A DNA stretch of 62,019 nucleotides, filler included, from Sluysia triapertura (Eukaryota): the NCBI GenBank assembly GCA_046118255.1. It is 4 parts of 4 records of this genome, joined end to end, with 100 filler letters (N's around TTAATTAATTAA, not from the genome) between each part and the next. Parts side by side here need not be neighbours in the genome. Positions count along the whole stretch, not along the records: positions 1 to 14,749 come from JBJNIA010249645.1; 3 more parts are not named here. One strand, 5' to 3'. Positions 1-12,381 of this stretch are shown piece by piece (the first letter of the stretch is position 1; each line of letters opens with the position of its first letter). Made by a program: the position numbers and the translations under genes. Below the pieces are notes generated by a model. That model was not told the origin of the DNA. It saw nothing but the letters and a program-made list of their open reading frames with translations, and ran no database searches.

Positions 1-1564
1 ACAATTAAGTGGGTGAAATAAAGAAATGAGAATATAGGAAAATAAATAAGGGAAAAAATATATAAATAAAAATAAAAGAATAGAATGAAAAATGAAAATG
101 AAAATGTGAAAGAGAATATCAGTTGTTGTATAATAGACTGATTATTTACAAAAACTAAAAGATTAAAGATTAAAAGACCACAAGATAGAGGATAAACAAA
201 GGCATTAAAGTACCACGATTAAGTCACATACGACAACAATATTATTTATCTGGGATATTGGAGGGAATAGCCTATGTAGATATTAAAGGAGGTTTCAATG
301 GAGAGTTTGGCACACTGGTGTGCTAAACCAGTAATATCTACCCTACGGAGGCCTAGTTTTTTCAGAATCCCAAGAACCAAGTACTCCAGCGACAAACGTG
401 TCAAGGGAAACCTGACATTTAAGTTATATTTGGAGCTTATCTCTCAGTTCGGAATTTTTAGATTACTATAGTCCAATATAGTCCGTGGCACTTTAGGCCT
501 GTATCCCAACATTAATATAGTTAGGTATGATCTATAAGTCGTATTGTTTGATGTAAAGTTGTTGTTAGAAGTGGTTTAAAGAATAGCGTTCCGAATTCAT
601 TGATTAATTTTAATTAAAGATGGTATGAAGTGATTGAAATTGTGAGTTTTCCTGAGATGTTTGTTTCACTGTTGAATCAAATAAACAGATTATTTGATAT
701 TTGTGTATCAGATAGTAATGTGTAGAGTTGTGATGTGTTAAATTGTAAAATTGTGAATTTTATTCTACGAAATGTGTGGATTTACTGAATTATGTTGTAA
801 TTTTGGTATTTTATCATTTAGTTTAGTCTTTACTATAATAATCTGAATATTATAAATGCTTGTTAATAAGATTAATTTGATTTCGTTTACAATTGTTATC
901 GAAAATTGAAGATTGCCATTAAAATTATGCTTTATTACTATTGTGGATTTTATTTTATTCTTTAGAAAATTATGATTAATGTTATTTCTTTTCTGATTAG
1001 ATTTATTATAAGAATTTTTATTTACATGTAAACAAAAGTTATTATAAAACTGATGCTTAAGGCACTCGAAATCTCTTTATGGAAAAGAACTTTAAAGTAG
1101 AAATAACATGAAAATTTTTTATTTAACATAAATGAAACGACTTTAACAATAATAGATGATACATCTATGATACTTCTCGAATGGTGTAAGCTCCGCAATA
1201 AAATTTAGAAGCAATAAAAATATTGTACACGAAACAAACAGAGATACAATTATAGAGAATTTTAACATCGTTGAGGATGTTAAGATCGGAATAGGCGATC
1301 GCATCAACAAGATAAAACATTAAAACAAAAGGACTATTGTGATGAGAATGAGCAATCGCGTGATTGCGATAAATCTTAGTGATATTTAGCCTCTTGTGGA
1401 GGTATTCACCTACAATATGAGTGCAGACATCATTCGTCTTCTTGATTATAAAATTATTTGAGATGCTAAGCTCGACAGTTAAATTGTGACGACATGATAT
1501 CCAAGTAAGATTAACATAATAATGATGCATTGTGTCGATAATGTGAACTGTATCAATAAAAGCA

Positions 1565-1838
1565 TAAAAAATTGAATCAGCATAAAGAATTGAACACCAA
1601 CTAACTCATCATCACTAATTTTAAAATTGTAAAATTTATTCGAGAGTCTGCCACAACGTGAAGGCTATGTTCCTTTTTACTTAGTGCCATGTTATTCGTG
1701 TACAAAAAGTACGAAACAAAAATATAAAAATTTGAATCAAAAATGACATTACACGCCTGAACACCAACTAACTCATCATCAGTAACATCAATCACTAATT
1801 TTAAAATTATAAAATTTATTCGGGAGTCTATCACAACA
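1565..1838 (+). repeat. Imperfect direct repeat, period ~167 bp
   Basis: tgaacaccaactaactcatcatca...ctaatttttaaaatt.taaaatttattcg.gagtct occurs at ~1591 and ~1758. Confidence 0.85.
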
Positions 1839-2369
1839 CGATAGTTATATTCTTTCTTAATTAGCTGACCAGAATGAGCTGGAACCAAAACACGTTCGGA
1901 CACAGTTTCTCGATGGAATTGTATATTCTTACCAACAAACGACGGTGTTGTGGCGATCCAAGCACTATTTGTATTCTCAACAAACCATCGGTAAAATTCA
2001 AATTTGCATAAGTATCGACTAATTACTTTGCTTCTGCAGCTTCAAGCATTGTGCAGTGTCTTAAACAAGCGCTTTGTAGTGTTCTTAAACCATTAGCGGT
2101 TTTCAATTTAGTTGGACTAAAATTTGACATTGTACGCAATCTACAATTAAATTGCGGTTTAGTAACAGAACCTGTTTTTCTGACTAACATTAAATCTATA
2201 ATGAACATTAAAGATTCTTTAAGAAGCTCACTTGGACGTATTTCTAATAGGACCATTTCTAATTCACCTAACTATTGGAGATTTATTCAAAATTTTGACA
2301 TTTAAAATATGTAAACTTTTGTTTACTTTTTTTAGAATTATATATTATTAAAACAAATTCGCATAAACT

Positions 2370-2825
2370 TTACATGATCGCAATTTCCCTTTCTAATTTA
2401 GCTGTTCGTCCACTTTGATTCATTTTGTCTAATTCCTCATTTTCTTGAAGTAACACTCGCATTCTGGTCATCATACGTTTACCAGTTTGACTCTCAGGTG
2501 TAAATTTCCAAGTTTGTAAATCATTTTGAACCTGTTCAAACTTTTCATTTACAGCTTTCATTTCCTTTTTAATCCGTAAAAATACTACATTAACAGCTGG
2601 ATCTAATTCCATACACTTAAAGTGTTGATTACGTGGATTTAACGAAGATTTCATATCATCAATTTGAGCCGAAAGATCAGCAATTTCTTGTTCTTTATGA
2701 GCTAAATTAGCTAAGAAAACATGTTCTAATTTATCTAATTAGCGATTTTTGATTTCAATCTTTTCTTTTAATTTTGTATTCTCTTTCATAAGAGCAATAT
2801 TTTGCTCTTCCAATGATAAATTCAT
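2370..2825 (-). pseudogene. WTAP: WTAP/Fl(2)d (m6A writer complex subunit) intronless truncated copy
   Basis: The translation LAHKEQEI..DPAVNVVFLRIKKEM..QNDLQTWKFTPESQTGKRMM..LLQENEEL..GRTAKLEREIA matches the WTAP core. There is an in-frame TAA at 2739-2741 and a premature TAA at 2370-2372. Confidence 0.85.
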
Positions 2826-3292
2826 TTGTAGCCTTACTCGCAATTCTTATTAGAAATAACAGCAATTTTAGGTTTTTCTTCAGTATTTATTGCATTAGTT
2901 TTTTGGCAGAAGAAAAATTAAAAATTATAAAATATGTGAAAATATAAAATAAATATAAATAAAAATATAAAAAAGATATTGTTTCATAGAGATGGCGAAG
3001 TGACAGTGCGTTGTGTTTTATTTTGATAAAAAATAACGTTAGAAAAAAGAATTTTATTAGGCATCTGTGATTTTATAAGGATGAGTGTTGTAATGTTGTG
3101 AACGATATAGATGAGGCTTGTTGTCGTGTAATTTTTGTAATGAGGTTTGTGTCGATGGTTGCTATGATTGATGTTATAGGCTGGACCACCACATTTATAA
3201 ACAAAAATGAAATTTGTTTCGTGATGCTTAAGTGCAATTAAAATATTTATTAAACTAATGCTCATGATGATACCAACTGAAATGAGTTATTG

Positions 3293-3323
3293 AAACCGAC
3301 ATGCGACGCACGGTTTATACTAA
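3293..3323 (+). mobile_element. Helitron-type 3' terminus (GC-rich hairpin + CTRR)
   Basis: AAACCG-aca-TGCG-a-CGCA-CGGTTT followed by ata-CTAA and then T. Confidence 0.55.
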
Positions 3324-4334
3324 TTTATCATATAAAAGATTTATATAAAAAATAAATTTAGTATTTAATTAATTTTATCTTTATCTTAAGTTGATCAATT
3401 GCGTCAATAACGGAATCTTAAGGTAATAACAATATGAAATTTTGATTTAAATTATTTGAAAAGATAGGAGGATTGTTTATCGCAAACAGTATTATCTTTG
3501 GGCAATTATGGAAGACAATGAAATTGGAAACCGATGAATATTTAATTATTAAAATTAAGAAGAATAAATAGTTTTATAAGTAATTACTTGTCTTTCCCAA
3601 TTTTCAATATAATAAACGTTTAACCAACTGCTACATAAACAATCAGATTTTATTAGTAAAATGAGAAAGAAAAGATAGTTAAAATAAAGACTTTACAAAA
3701 TTTCATCTACATTAGGGACGATACCTCGACACATTTTTTATAAACACTGCAATTGATTAAAATTCAGAAATAGTGGTTTTGTTTTTGTTAAGGTTGGTCA
3801 CTTACGCTCTTGTTATTTTATTATTGTTAATGCGGAGTCAACATTTTTTGTATTGTGTCACCCCTCGTTTTTATAGATTTAGTATTTTATAAACAATGAT
3901 TTATATATTTAAATTTATGTATTGAAGATATATATATATAAACCAAGTTACAAATTAAACCTACTAAACACATAAATAGAACATAAAGTTGCTAAATGCC
4001 CACTGTACTTTAACGACAACTGAAAAGTATATTGAATCAATTTCGAAACAATCGAATCTCCAATAATGATTTTTATTGATATTAGCACATTCTATGCAGG
4101 CTATTTTACCCCAACCCAAGTTGCAAAGCGGGCTAGTTTTGGACATTTGCTCAAAAAGCAAATCTTTCAGTTTTTATCTTATAATAATTTATTTATCATA
4201 ATTACATTTCTTTAGATTTTCAATTATAAAATTATCATTATTTTGAAAAATTTACTATTATATAATATTGAAAATTTCTTATTTATTAATAAACTGTATT
4301 ATTATAATTTCTAAAATACATAAACAATAATTTT

Positions 4335-4800
4335 TCAAAGTAAAACATTTTCCTTTATGTAATGGTCTATCACAAAATTTGCACATATACCGCGTTGCGC
4401 TACGCACTTTGTGTAACGTGCACACACACAATATCGTCTAAGAATATCTTTATTTTTACCGGTGCCTACAATCTTTTCCAAAGTATGTTTCCTCATAACA
4501 GAGAATAGGCGCAAGAACTCACTCATATTCTGTTTTTAAATAAACAATATTTCGCCGCTACCGAACGACCGATAATGTTAATCCACGTCAAAACTAGTAC
4601 TTTACAAAACACATTTATTCAACAAAAATACCGACTGGTTGATACATGATGTATGACGTGACAGCATTCAACATTTCACACTGTTCGCACTGCAAATAGC
4701 AGTTTTAACAGAAATTGCTACTTAAATAAAGCTGAAATAATTCATTCTGCTACAGAATGTCTCAAGATAGTACATTTTACAAACCTTTCTTGCCATTACT
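4335..4800 (-). mobile_element. piggyBac (PGBD4-like) transposase C-terminal remnant
   Basis: RLFSVMRKHTLEKIVGTGKNKDILRRYCVCAR resembles the piggyBac Cys-rich tail. It is disrupted and the boundaries are approximate. Confidence 0.7.
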
Positions 4801-5078
4801 TCTTTGATTATTGTATTTGTATTTTTGAAATTACAAGTAAGATAACATTAAAAATAGCAAATTACAAATAAACTTGGTCTCCAATGATGGAACAATAAAA
4901 TAAAGTGAGATTGTTAATTAATATTAAACGTGCAAACTTTAATAAGAGATTATCGAGGTATCTAGACACAGACACATCTTCTCATCTTCTGCACCGCCTC
5001 TCATTTTGAAATTTAATTTATATCTATACATATAAATATAAAAAATAAACACAATATAGAATTAACAGAATTATCCAA

Positions 5079-5093
5079 AATAATAATAATAAT

Positions 5094-5150
<57 letters not shown>
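5079..5150. repeat. (AAT)n microsatellite; others at ~14850, 16296, 19271, 23081, 30977 and 58599
   Basis: Read directly from the sequence. Confidence 0.95.
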
Positions 5151-5151
<1 letters not shown>

Positions 5152-6132
5152 TTACTGGATCTCTAAAGTCAACACATTATGCGTACCGTCAATAAGTTAT
5201 CAAACATCCATTTGAATATCTCCGTAATTTTGAGCTGCAGTATTCTGAATATTAAATTTTCAAATTAAATACGTTTTTAAAATTTTGTTCAACTTAATAG
5301 ATAGCCAAGCTGTATCTTTATATACTGTTTTAACCACTACACTATTAAGTTGCCTTTAAGATCACTTTAAAAATGTTTATTTTCCAAATATGAAATTTAA
5401 ATTTCTAAATTTAAGCTTCTAAAAATAGAAAGGTAACTTCTAGAATGTTCTAATGCATCCCACCGATTCTTATTGACTGATGACAAGTATATAATCTAGC
5501 ACACGTTTAATGAGAACCGCATTTTAATTTGAAATAAAATATCGTTGCAAATTTCCATATATAACAAAAGTTATTTTTCTTAAGGTAATACTACTTTTAT
5601 TTAAGAAAATTAGAATTATAAAATTTTCAAAAGAAAAATTTAGTCCCCCGATACATTGAAGGATTAAATCTAGGTAATATAATTTATTAATACAATTAAA
5701 GGCTGTTATATCTTTAATTAGAACATTTAAATTTTTATTTTATAAATTAATAAATGTGTAATTGTTATTAGATTTGTGTAATAAAGATTTTTGAATTTAT
5801 AGTTTTAACATCATTAGTTACAATAACATTAGTTTCGAGATTGATAAAGTATTTACTGATAATCATTAACTTATAAGTCACAGTAACGCCCACTATACTG
5901 GACCCTGATCGAAAAATATTTTGCCTTAGAGTTAGAAAAACCACAGCAGTACAAATAACGTTATTCGCAAGATAATAAAATTCGAATCAACATTCGAAAG
6001 TAAACCAATGTAAGATAATTATTTAGATAATTCGTGTCAATAACTTAGAGCACCAATAACATTCAACATTGATACCAAGAATTAAGACAAATTAAATTTT
6101 ATAAAGATCTATAATTAATTATTAACAAGAAC

Positions 6133-6285
6133 TAGTAGCGTGCCGAAGTCGTGTCGAGAGACCACCACTTGGCGCCCCAAACACCACCACCAGTGGTGGA
6201 AAAAACACTATACATTGACAATATATATGCAATTCTATTATGCAACGCTGCGCCCGGAGCACATGCTCCCTTTGTTCCGCCACTG
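6133..6285. mobile_element. hAT-type MITE, 153 bp
   Basis: Perfect 8-bp TSD ACAAGAAC on both sides. Termini are TAGTAGCG / CGCCACTG. Confidence 0.85.
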
Positions 6286-6330
6286 ACAAGAACAAAAATC
6301 AGAATTATAAAAATTGAAATATGTTACATT

Positions 6331-6506
6331 TGTTAAACTTCAATAAATTGACTGACCGGGAATCAAATCCAAGACCTCTCGCTTCACAGCTCTGCAGTTC
6401 GATGCTCTGAGCACTGATCTGACAGCCCCGTCGTCTAACAATTTTATTTTATTTGTCAATTATACTAGCATTATTCTGGATGCCACTTTCGGCCTTTATC
6501 TCAACA
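6331..6506 (-). mobile_element. Solo tRNA-containing LTR, subfamily with an anticodon-loop insert
   Basis: TGTTAAAC...CTCAACA with the tRNA-like core. Flanks are catt/tatt (3/4 match). Confidence 0.85.
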
Positions 6507-7477
6507 TATTGTAATTTTAAAAAAACTGAAATATGCTTTATGATATCAAATAATAAACCAAACAATTATTGTATAAATTGATAGATAAATTAATAAATAA
6601 ATTGATAGATAAATTATAAATAAGAATCTAAGTGAACAAGAATATAAATAAGACAAAAGTTCTAAGTTTTATTATTGGAAGAGGTTCGGTGAAAAAGAAG
6701 TTATATTGTCTGGAATATTTTGGAAATATTACGATTTGGTATCTTCTGTGATTTAATTGATTCAGTGATTCCTGACACTTCGCCTACGACAAAATATTTT
6801 TGAGCAGGGTCCCGTTACGGCAAACGACTTACATCGTATAGTGGACGTTCCTGTGACTTTAGAAGTTAATAATCATCAATAAATTACTTAATTCATTTAT
6901 TAAAATCTAAACCAAAAACTAATAAATTCACAATTTATATTAAAGCACAATTTTAATAATAATAAATTAACAATAGGGTATTATTAAATATTTTATAAGG
7001 ACAGAGTGGGTTAGAGACAAAGAATAATCATATATTCAAGTATTAAAATTAAAACTAAGGGTCTTTAATTTTGTTTATAATAATTTTGAGTGGATTTTAT
7101 TACACTAATATTTTACTATTAGTACCTGCCTTAATAAAAATAACTTGCAGATGACATGGAATATAAACAGCTTTTGAACTAGTTTATCAGTGCGTTCCCA
7201 AAAACATTCGAGCTACGTGATTTGATCGAAATTCTGAAGTGATACTACTATTGGCTATATAATCACAATGGTTTGAATTCATAATCTTTCCGAAATAAAT
7301 TATTCCTCGTCCCATTTTGTCATTTTAAAAAGCACAAATGTATAAAATCTATCTAATATCTTATATTTTTGTACATCACTTGTATTACTTTGCAATGTAT
7401 CTGTTTTGTTTAACCATTTAAACAGACGTAAATAAAATTTTTGGTTTTACATTCGATTTATATATTTAATGTTTTTA

Positions 7478-10400
7478 TCATTTGTAACACTCCGTCGTAG
7501 TATAAACACTAACGGCAACAGCAGCAACAGCAGCAGTAGTGTTGTGATAAATTTCCGACCGAATACAAGCATTGTAAACTAGAGTAGCCTTAATGCGTTT
7601 TTCATATGAGTTACACAAATAGACGGCTCGACGAAGCACTTGGTCTTGTTGACTGATTGCTGAAGCTACGAGCAGACCCGCTCGACTGTCGATCTTGGCA
7701 CGCAGTTGGCCACTGGCAATAAGTGGACGTAGTTCAAGAATCAGTTCAGGGACGGTTGTATTGAAACAGTGAGCTATTCGGGACAAATGAGCACGATTAT
7801 AAGGACTGAAGTACTGTTTTTAACAAGAAAAGTAATTACATTATATATAACAATAAATATAAAATTCATTATTCTTAAAAAAGCATAAAATGGACTGACC
7901 GGGAATCGAACCCGACAAGTTCTCACTTCACAGTTGTGCAATTCAATGCTATGACCACTGAGCTATAAGCAATTTTGTTTTATCATTGTTCTAAACGACA
8001 CTTTAGGCTTGTAACTCAACATATCTCACCCACTTCAATTATGTTTCACCTCAAACATCTTGAGGATCATTTAATTCAACATCAGAAGAGTATTCGATAT
8101 GCGGGTTCACCAAATGTTAAACATCATGAAATGGACTGACCGGGAATTGAATCCGAAACCTCGCTTCACAGCTATGCAGTTCGATGCTCTGACCACTGAG
8201 CTATCAGTCCTGTCTAACAATTTTGTTTTATTATAGTCAATTATAACCTAACGTATAACACTATATAAATTAAAAAAGCCATTATTTCTAGCATATTAAA
8301 TATAAAAATCTGACATAAACACTGAAAAGTTGTAGTCGAAAACATAAACAAACCTGACAGAGAGCGCGATTTCGAATTTCGCGGAACAAAAACTCAACGT
8401 GATCAGCTAGGTAAATATCCAACAACAATTGATTTTTTAATGAAGCCATACTACGAAGACAATCTGCGTATTGAAAATTGTGGAAACTGTACAGAATATC
8501 ACGAAGACCGGGTTCATTCTCGAGAAACATCTTGAAGTGACTGTTATGAATCACGTTAGCACGCAGTGCGGCTCGATCAAACGACGCTAAAGCACAAATT
8601 GTACCATACAGAGCAACATCGTTGCCCGTGATAACATTTGAGTCTCCCATATGATCATGATCAGCCTAAATTAAATTTAAAAAATTCGATCAAACGCAAT
8701 TTTAATATATTAAGTTATTCATGAACTTTCGAAAAATATTTGTAATAGCAGTATAATTTTATTGTAATTTTTAAATATTCGAAACTATTGTAAACCATGT
8801 TGGTAATTATTCGACCACAATTAAAAACTCGTCTTTGTTGTTATAAACAAAGGTGCAAAGTGGAAGTTTTTCTGAACAAAAATAACTTTAATCAACTAAA
8901 ACTGTTACAAAAGAAAATGAATATTATTGCTAATAACTTTACTAACTTTCACTATATCCATTACATTATAAATTAACTACTTAATTACGATATTTTCCGT
9001 AACCATTTCTTTCTAATTATTCTTTCGAATAATTTCTTTCTTAGTTTTGGACCTTTTAAAGCTTTTTATTCGAAGATATTGAGAACACTAAAATATGTAA
9101 CTTTTTAATAATTTTATTCTTATATAATTGTTAAAATATTTACTTTAAAAAAAAGATTTCAATTACAATTGAAACAGGATCACTGTCACGAGGCTCATGG
9201 AAACATGTTAAACAAACTTATGGTGGCTCAACTTAAGACAAACATGCTGTAATTCACAAAACACATAAGAAAACTCTAACTTGAACCGAAATTCGATTAT
9301 GATCGAATCATCAAATAACACCATAAATAACAAAATAAAAGCCACATGTTTCATTATTTAATGCATTCACTAAATTCGTAAACAGATACAAATATAATGT
9401 GAAAATCTAATTGCTAAGTACAAGAGCACTCATTAATCAGAAAGCATTCAGCAAAATCCTTTATCCTTTTACACATCCTGTGTTTTAAACCGTTAACATT
9501 CAAGCAAGCCGTGTCAGCTTCGATTATAGCATTGTAGTAAACATTTCTGTACTACAATCATCCACAACATTTACATTTCAGACAGATTTTACTTTACACT
9601 TCAACACCAGACCCAAATTTTATTTTTATTTATGCTAAAGATCAAGTATGGATGAGAAAGGATTAGTTTAATATACGAATTAGAGATAACATTAATAATA
9701 AAATAATGATGATAATGATAATAATAATGTAAGGTTTCAATTTTGCAAGTAATTAAGTTTTACAAAATTTAAATAAATGAAATAAGGATTAATAGAATTT
9801 AATAATTGCAACAAAATTGAAAAAAGGACGGAATCCGTGTAGTTAAATTTTGTAAACTCTTATTTCAATTTTGTTATAATTATTAAATTTTATTATTCTT
9901 TATTTCATTTATTGTTAATTTAAAACATATATTTAAATTTTGTAAAACTTAATTATTCTTCTTGCATGGAAATATTGCAAAATTGAAATAAGGTAGAAAA
10001 CCCTATATGATGCCACAGTGGTGTAATAATTAATACATCTTTACGTAACGATTAATAATTATTTCACCTTAATGTTACCACTAAAAATTGTAGTACACTA
10101 GAACTCCCAAAACTGGTACTTTCTCAAACTGGACATCCTCAAAAGGGAACAACTCCCCAAAATGGAACATATTTGTAGCTTATATATTATGATGAAATAA
10201 TTGAAAAAACAGAAACTATGGATCAGGGAAGTAATGATTCCGAAAATAAATCTGAGGATTCTTGTTCAAATGTTCAAAATGAAAATTGTGAACAGATATC
10301 TCATTGGAGGATGCAGAGAAGTCAATGGAGACTGTGCTCAAATTCATAGAGAATAATCCTTGTTTTATAGAAGACTGCCTTATGCAAGCATGTGCATTGC

Positions 10401-12381
10401 AAAGAGAAATAGCTAAGAAGTTTCAAATCCGACAAAATTCCGACCTTCGTAATCTTGTTAAAGGCATTCTAGAAGCAGCCGAGTATCCAACAAATGAGTC
10501 AGTCATTGATAAACTGGAAGAAGGCAGCACAACAGATGAATAAAGATTTTATTTAGTTATCTCATCAACCACACCTGCAAAATTGAATATTAATAAAATT
10601 TGGTTAAGCAGTCAATACTTAAAAGTGTATAAAATGTATGAAATGCATTTATTATCTAATTTTCAATAAGTATTTGTGTGATCATGTATATAGACTTAAA
10701 AAATACACTTGCAAATCTTTTTTTTTAATTAAAACTAACTTCTTTCTGAACTGGAACACTACCAATAACATTCCACTCTAATTTCATCGACGAAAAAGGT
10801 GTTTTATGTATTAATAATATCTTTTAGTATTTTTTTGATGCTTATATATGCTATTTTACTTTTGTTCAGAAAAAATTATTGATGATTATTTTGGCATGGC
10901 AGATTATTCCCATTCTTACATCAATTTATTTATGGATCTTTTATAAAGTTTCAACGGTTCCTTACAATGCTTAATTAAGTTTTAACAGATCTTTACGTAA
11001 AACTGAAAAATGCAACTACTTATACTAGGTATTCTCTTGAAAATCTTTAACCTCACAAAATTATTACTTAATTTTTGTAATATCAAATCATACTTTTAAT
11101 GAAAATTACTAATAAAAATCGAGAATATCAAATAAAACCTGTAAAAATGAACGTGCAGAAGCATTAAAATTGCGATCATGCATCTCCAATAATCCAATCA
11201 CACAATGAATAAACGTTTTCATTTTTAAACGACCCTCTTTTTGATCTGCAGTCAATGGTCTATCTCCTCCATATGAAATTAGAGTTGTCGGTGGTTTGCC
11301 AGGTTCTCCAGTGCTCCCTGAATTGTCAACTGCCGCTGATATCATATTTTGAACACCAGCACCACTACCAACAGTTGTAGTAGCCGTCAAATTATCCAAT
11401 AAAGCTTCAGCTCGATCTACGTAAGAAGCGACATGCCTCCATTGTCCTATAAAGTAATTTAGAAAACTAATAAAGTCATACCTAAATAAATAGAAACTCG
11501 TATCACATTGATCGCCATCATTAATTCATGAGTATCAGTTTTACAATAATCTCTCGATCGTGTATAATTTTTATTAGCACTTAATAAATCTCCAGTATCC
11601 ATATTCACACTTGCTAAATCGTCACATCCACGTCGAATACTTTCGGCCATATTATTGGCTTTGTAATTTTTTAAGTCAGTATCTAATTTGTCAAGAGTTT
11701 GATTAGACAATCGTCTGGTGCGATCTACCCAATCTGAATCAAATTCTAAAATTTGCCCATCTGGTAATCGAATAGGATCATATGATACGCGAGTTTGAAA
11801 TCGTTGGAAATTGAAATCTTCTCGACAACACACACCGGGATTAAGCATTGCTAAAGCTGCATCAGCACTTTCGCGATCTTCACGTACAGTAACACTCTAA
11901 TCATGTGTAATTTTAATACAAAATATATTAGAACAAGATAATCACTTAAGCGAAATAATTCTAATGATTTAAAATGTATAATGAAAACTGATTTAGTAGT
12001 TCGAAAAATGATATAATTATTTTAAATGAAAAATACATAAGAACTAACGATAATGTTGAATACTTTGCAATATTCGACAAAATTCCATGTTGTTTTAAGC
12101 CAATTTAATGCCATTAACAATGCATCTAATCTCAAAGGGCGACAACGGCGTGCAATAAAAATTAATCTTAAATATTTACCAAAATCTTTATAATTATTAA
12201 TATAATTCTCTAAATCCTGAAATCAAAAATTAAAATTCAATAAACGCATAAAATAAAGTAATAAATAAATTAAAAATACTAATGTAGTTTCGGGAACTTC
12301 TTGAGCTGTTGCAGAATGAATAACAGCAACATTCTCATCTTCGTCAATCATATCTAATTGCATGTGTTCAAGAACAGACAT
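7478..12381 (-). CDS. GPS1: COP9 signalosome subunit 1 (CSN1/GPS1), complete 6-exon gene: 12381-12280, 12216-12049, 11896-11482, 11446-11139, 8665-8354, 7813-7478
   Basis: Manual GT-AG splicing gives one phase-consistent ORF from MSVLEHMQLD to TGA. It contains CSN1 motifs DLENYINNY..RLIFIARRC, LDTDLKNYKANNMAESIRRG, YTRSRDYC, DVALYGTICALASFDR, FKMFLENEP, LLLDIYLADHV, IRNRALCQ|YFSPY and GQLRAKIDS (PCI domain). Confidence 0.95.
7873..8253 (-). mobile_element. Miniature non-autonomous LTR retrotransposon (TRIM-like) with tRNA-containing LTRs: 5'LTR 8253-8115, PBS 8112-8101, PPT 8036-8024, 3'LTR 8021-~7873
   Basis: Two direct copies of the tRNA-bearing repeat lie 93 bp apart. On the minus strand, ...TTTAACA is followed by ttTGGTGAACCCGC, and GAAGTGGGTGAGA-ta precedes TGTTGAG. 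The outer ends are decayed. Confidence 0.8.
9735..9989. repeat. Foldback/MITE-like long inverted repeat in CSN1 intron 4
   Basis: Arm ~9735-9826 is the reverse complement, with insertions, of ~9859-9989. The loop contains the small palindrome acggaatccgt. Confidence 0.8.
10095..10780 (+). mobile_element. Tigger/pogo-like transposon remnant
   Basis: An acidic stretch followed by ISLEDAEKSMETVLKFIENN..ALQREIAKK resembles Tigger C-termini. Subrepeats aactgg(a)aca occur at both ends. Confidence 0.5.

Noticed and set aside
2370-2741. TAA reassignment (alternative genetic code) suggested by two in-frame TAAs in WTAP
   Set aside because: CSN1, intersectin, SENP and EndoU exons have no internal TAA, and EndoU ends on TAA at the expected place.
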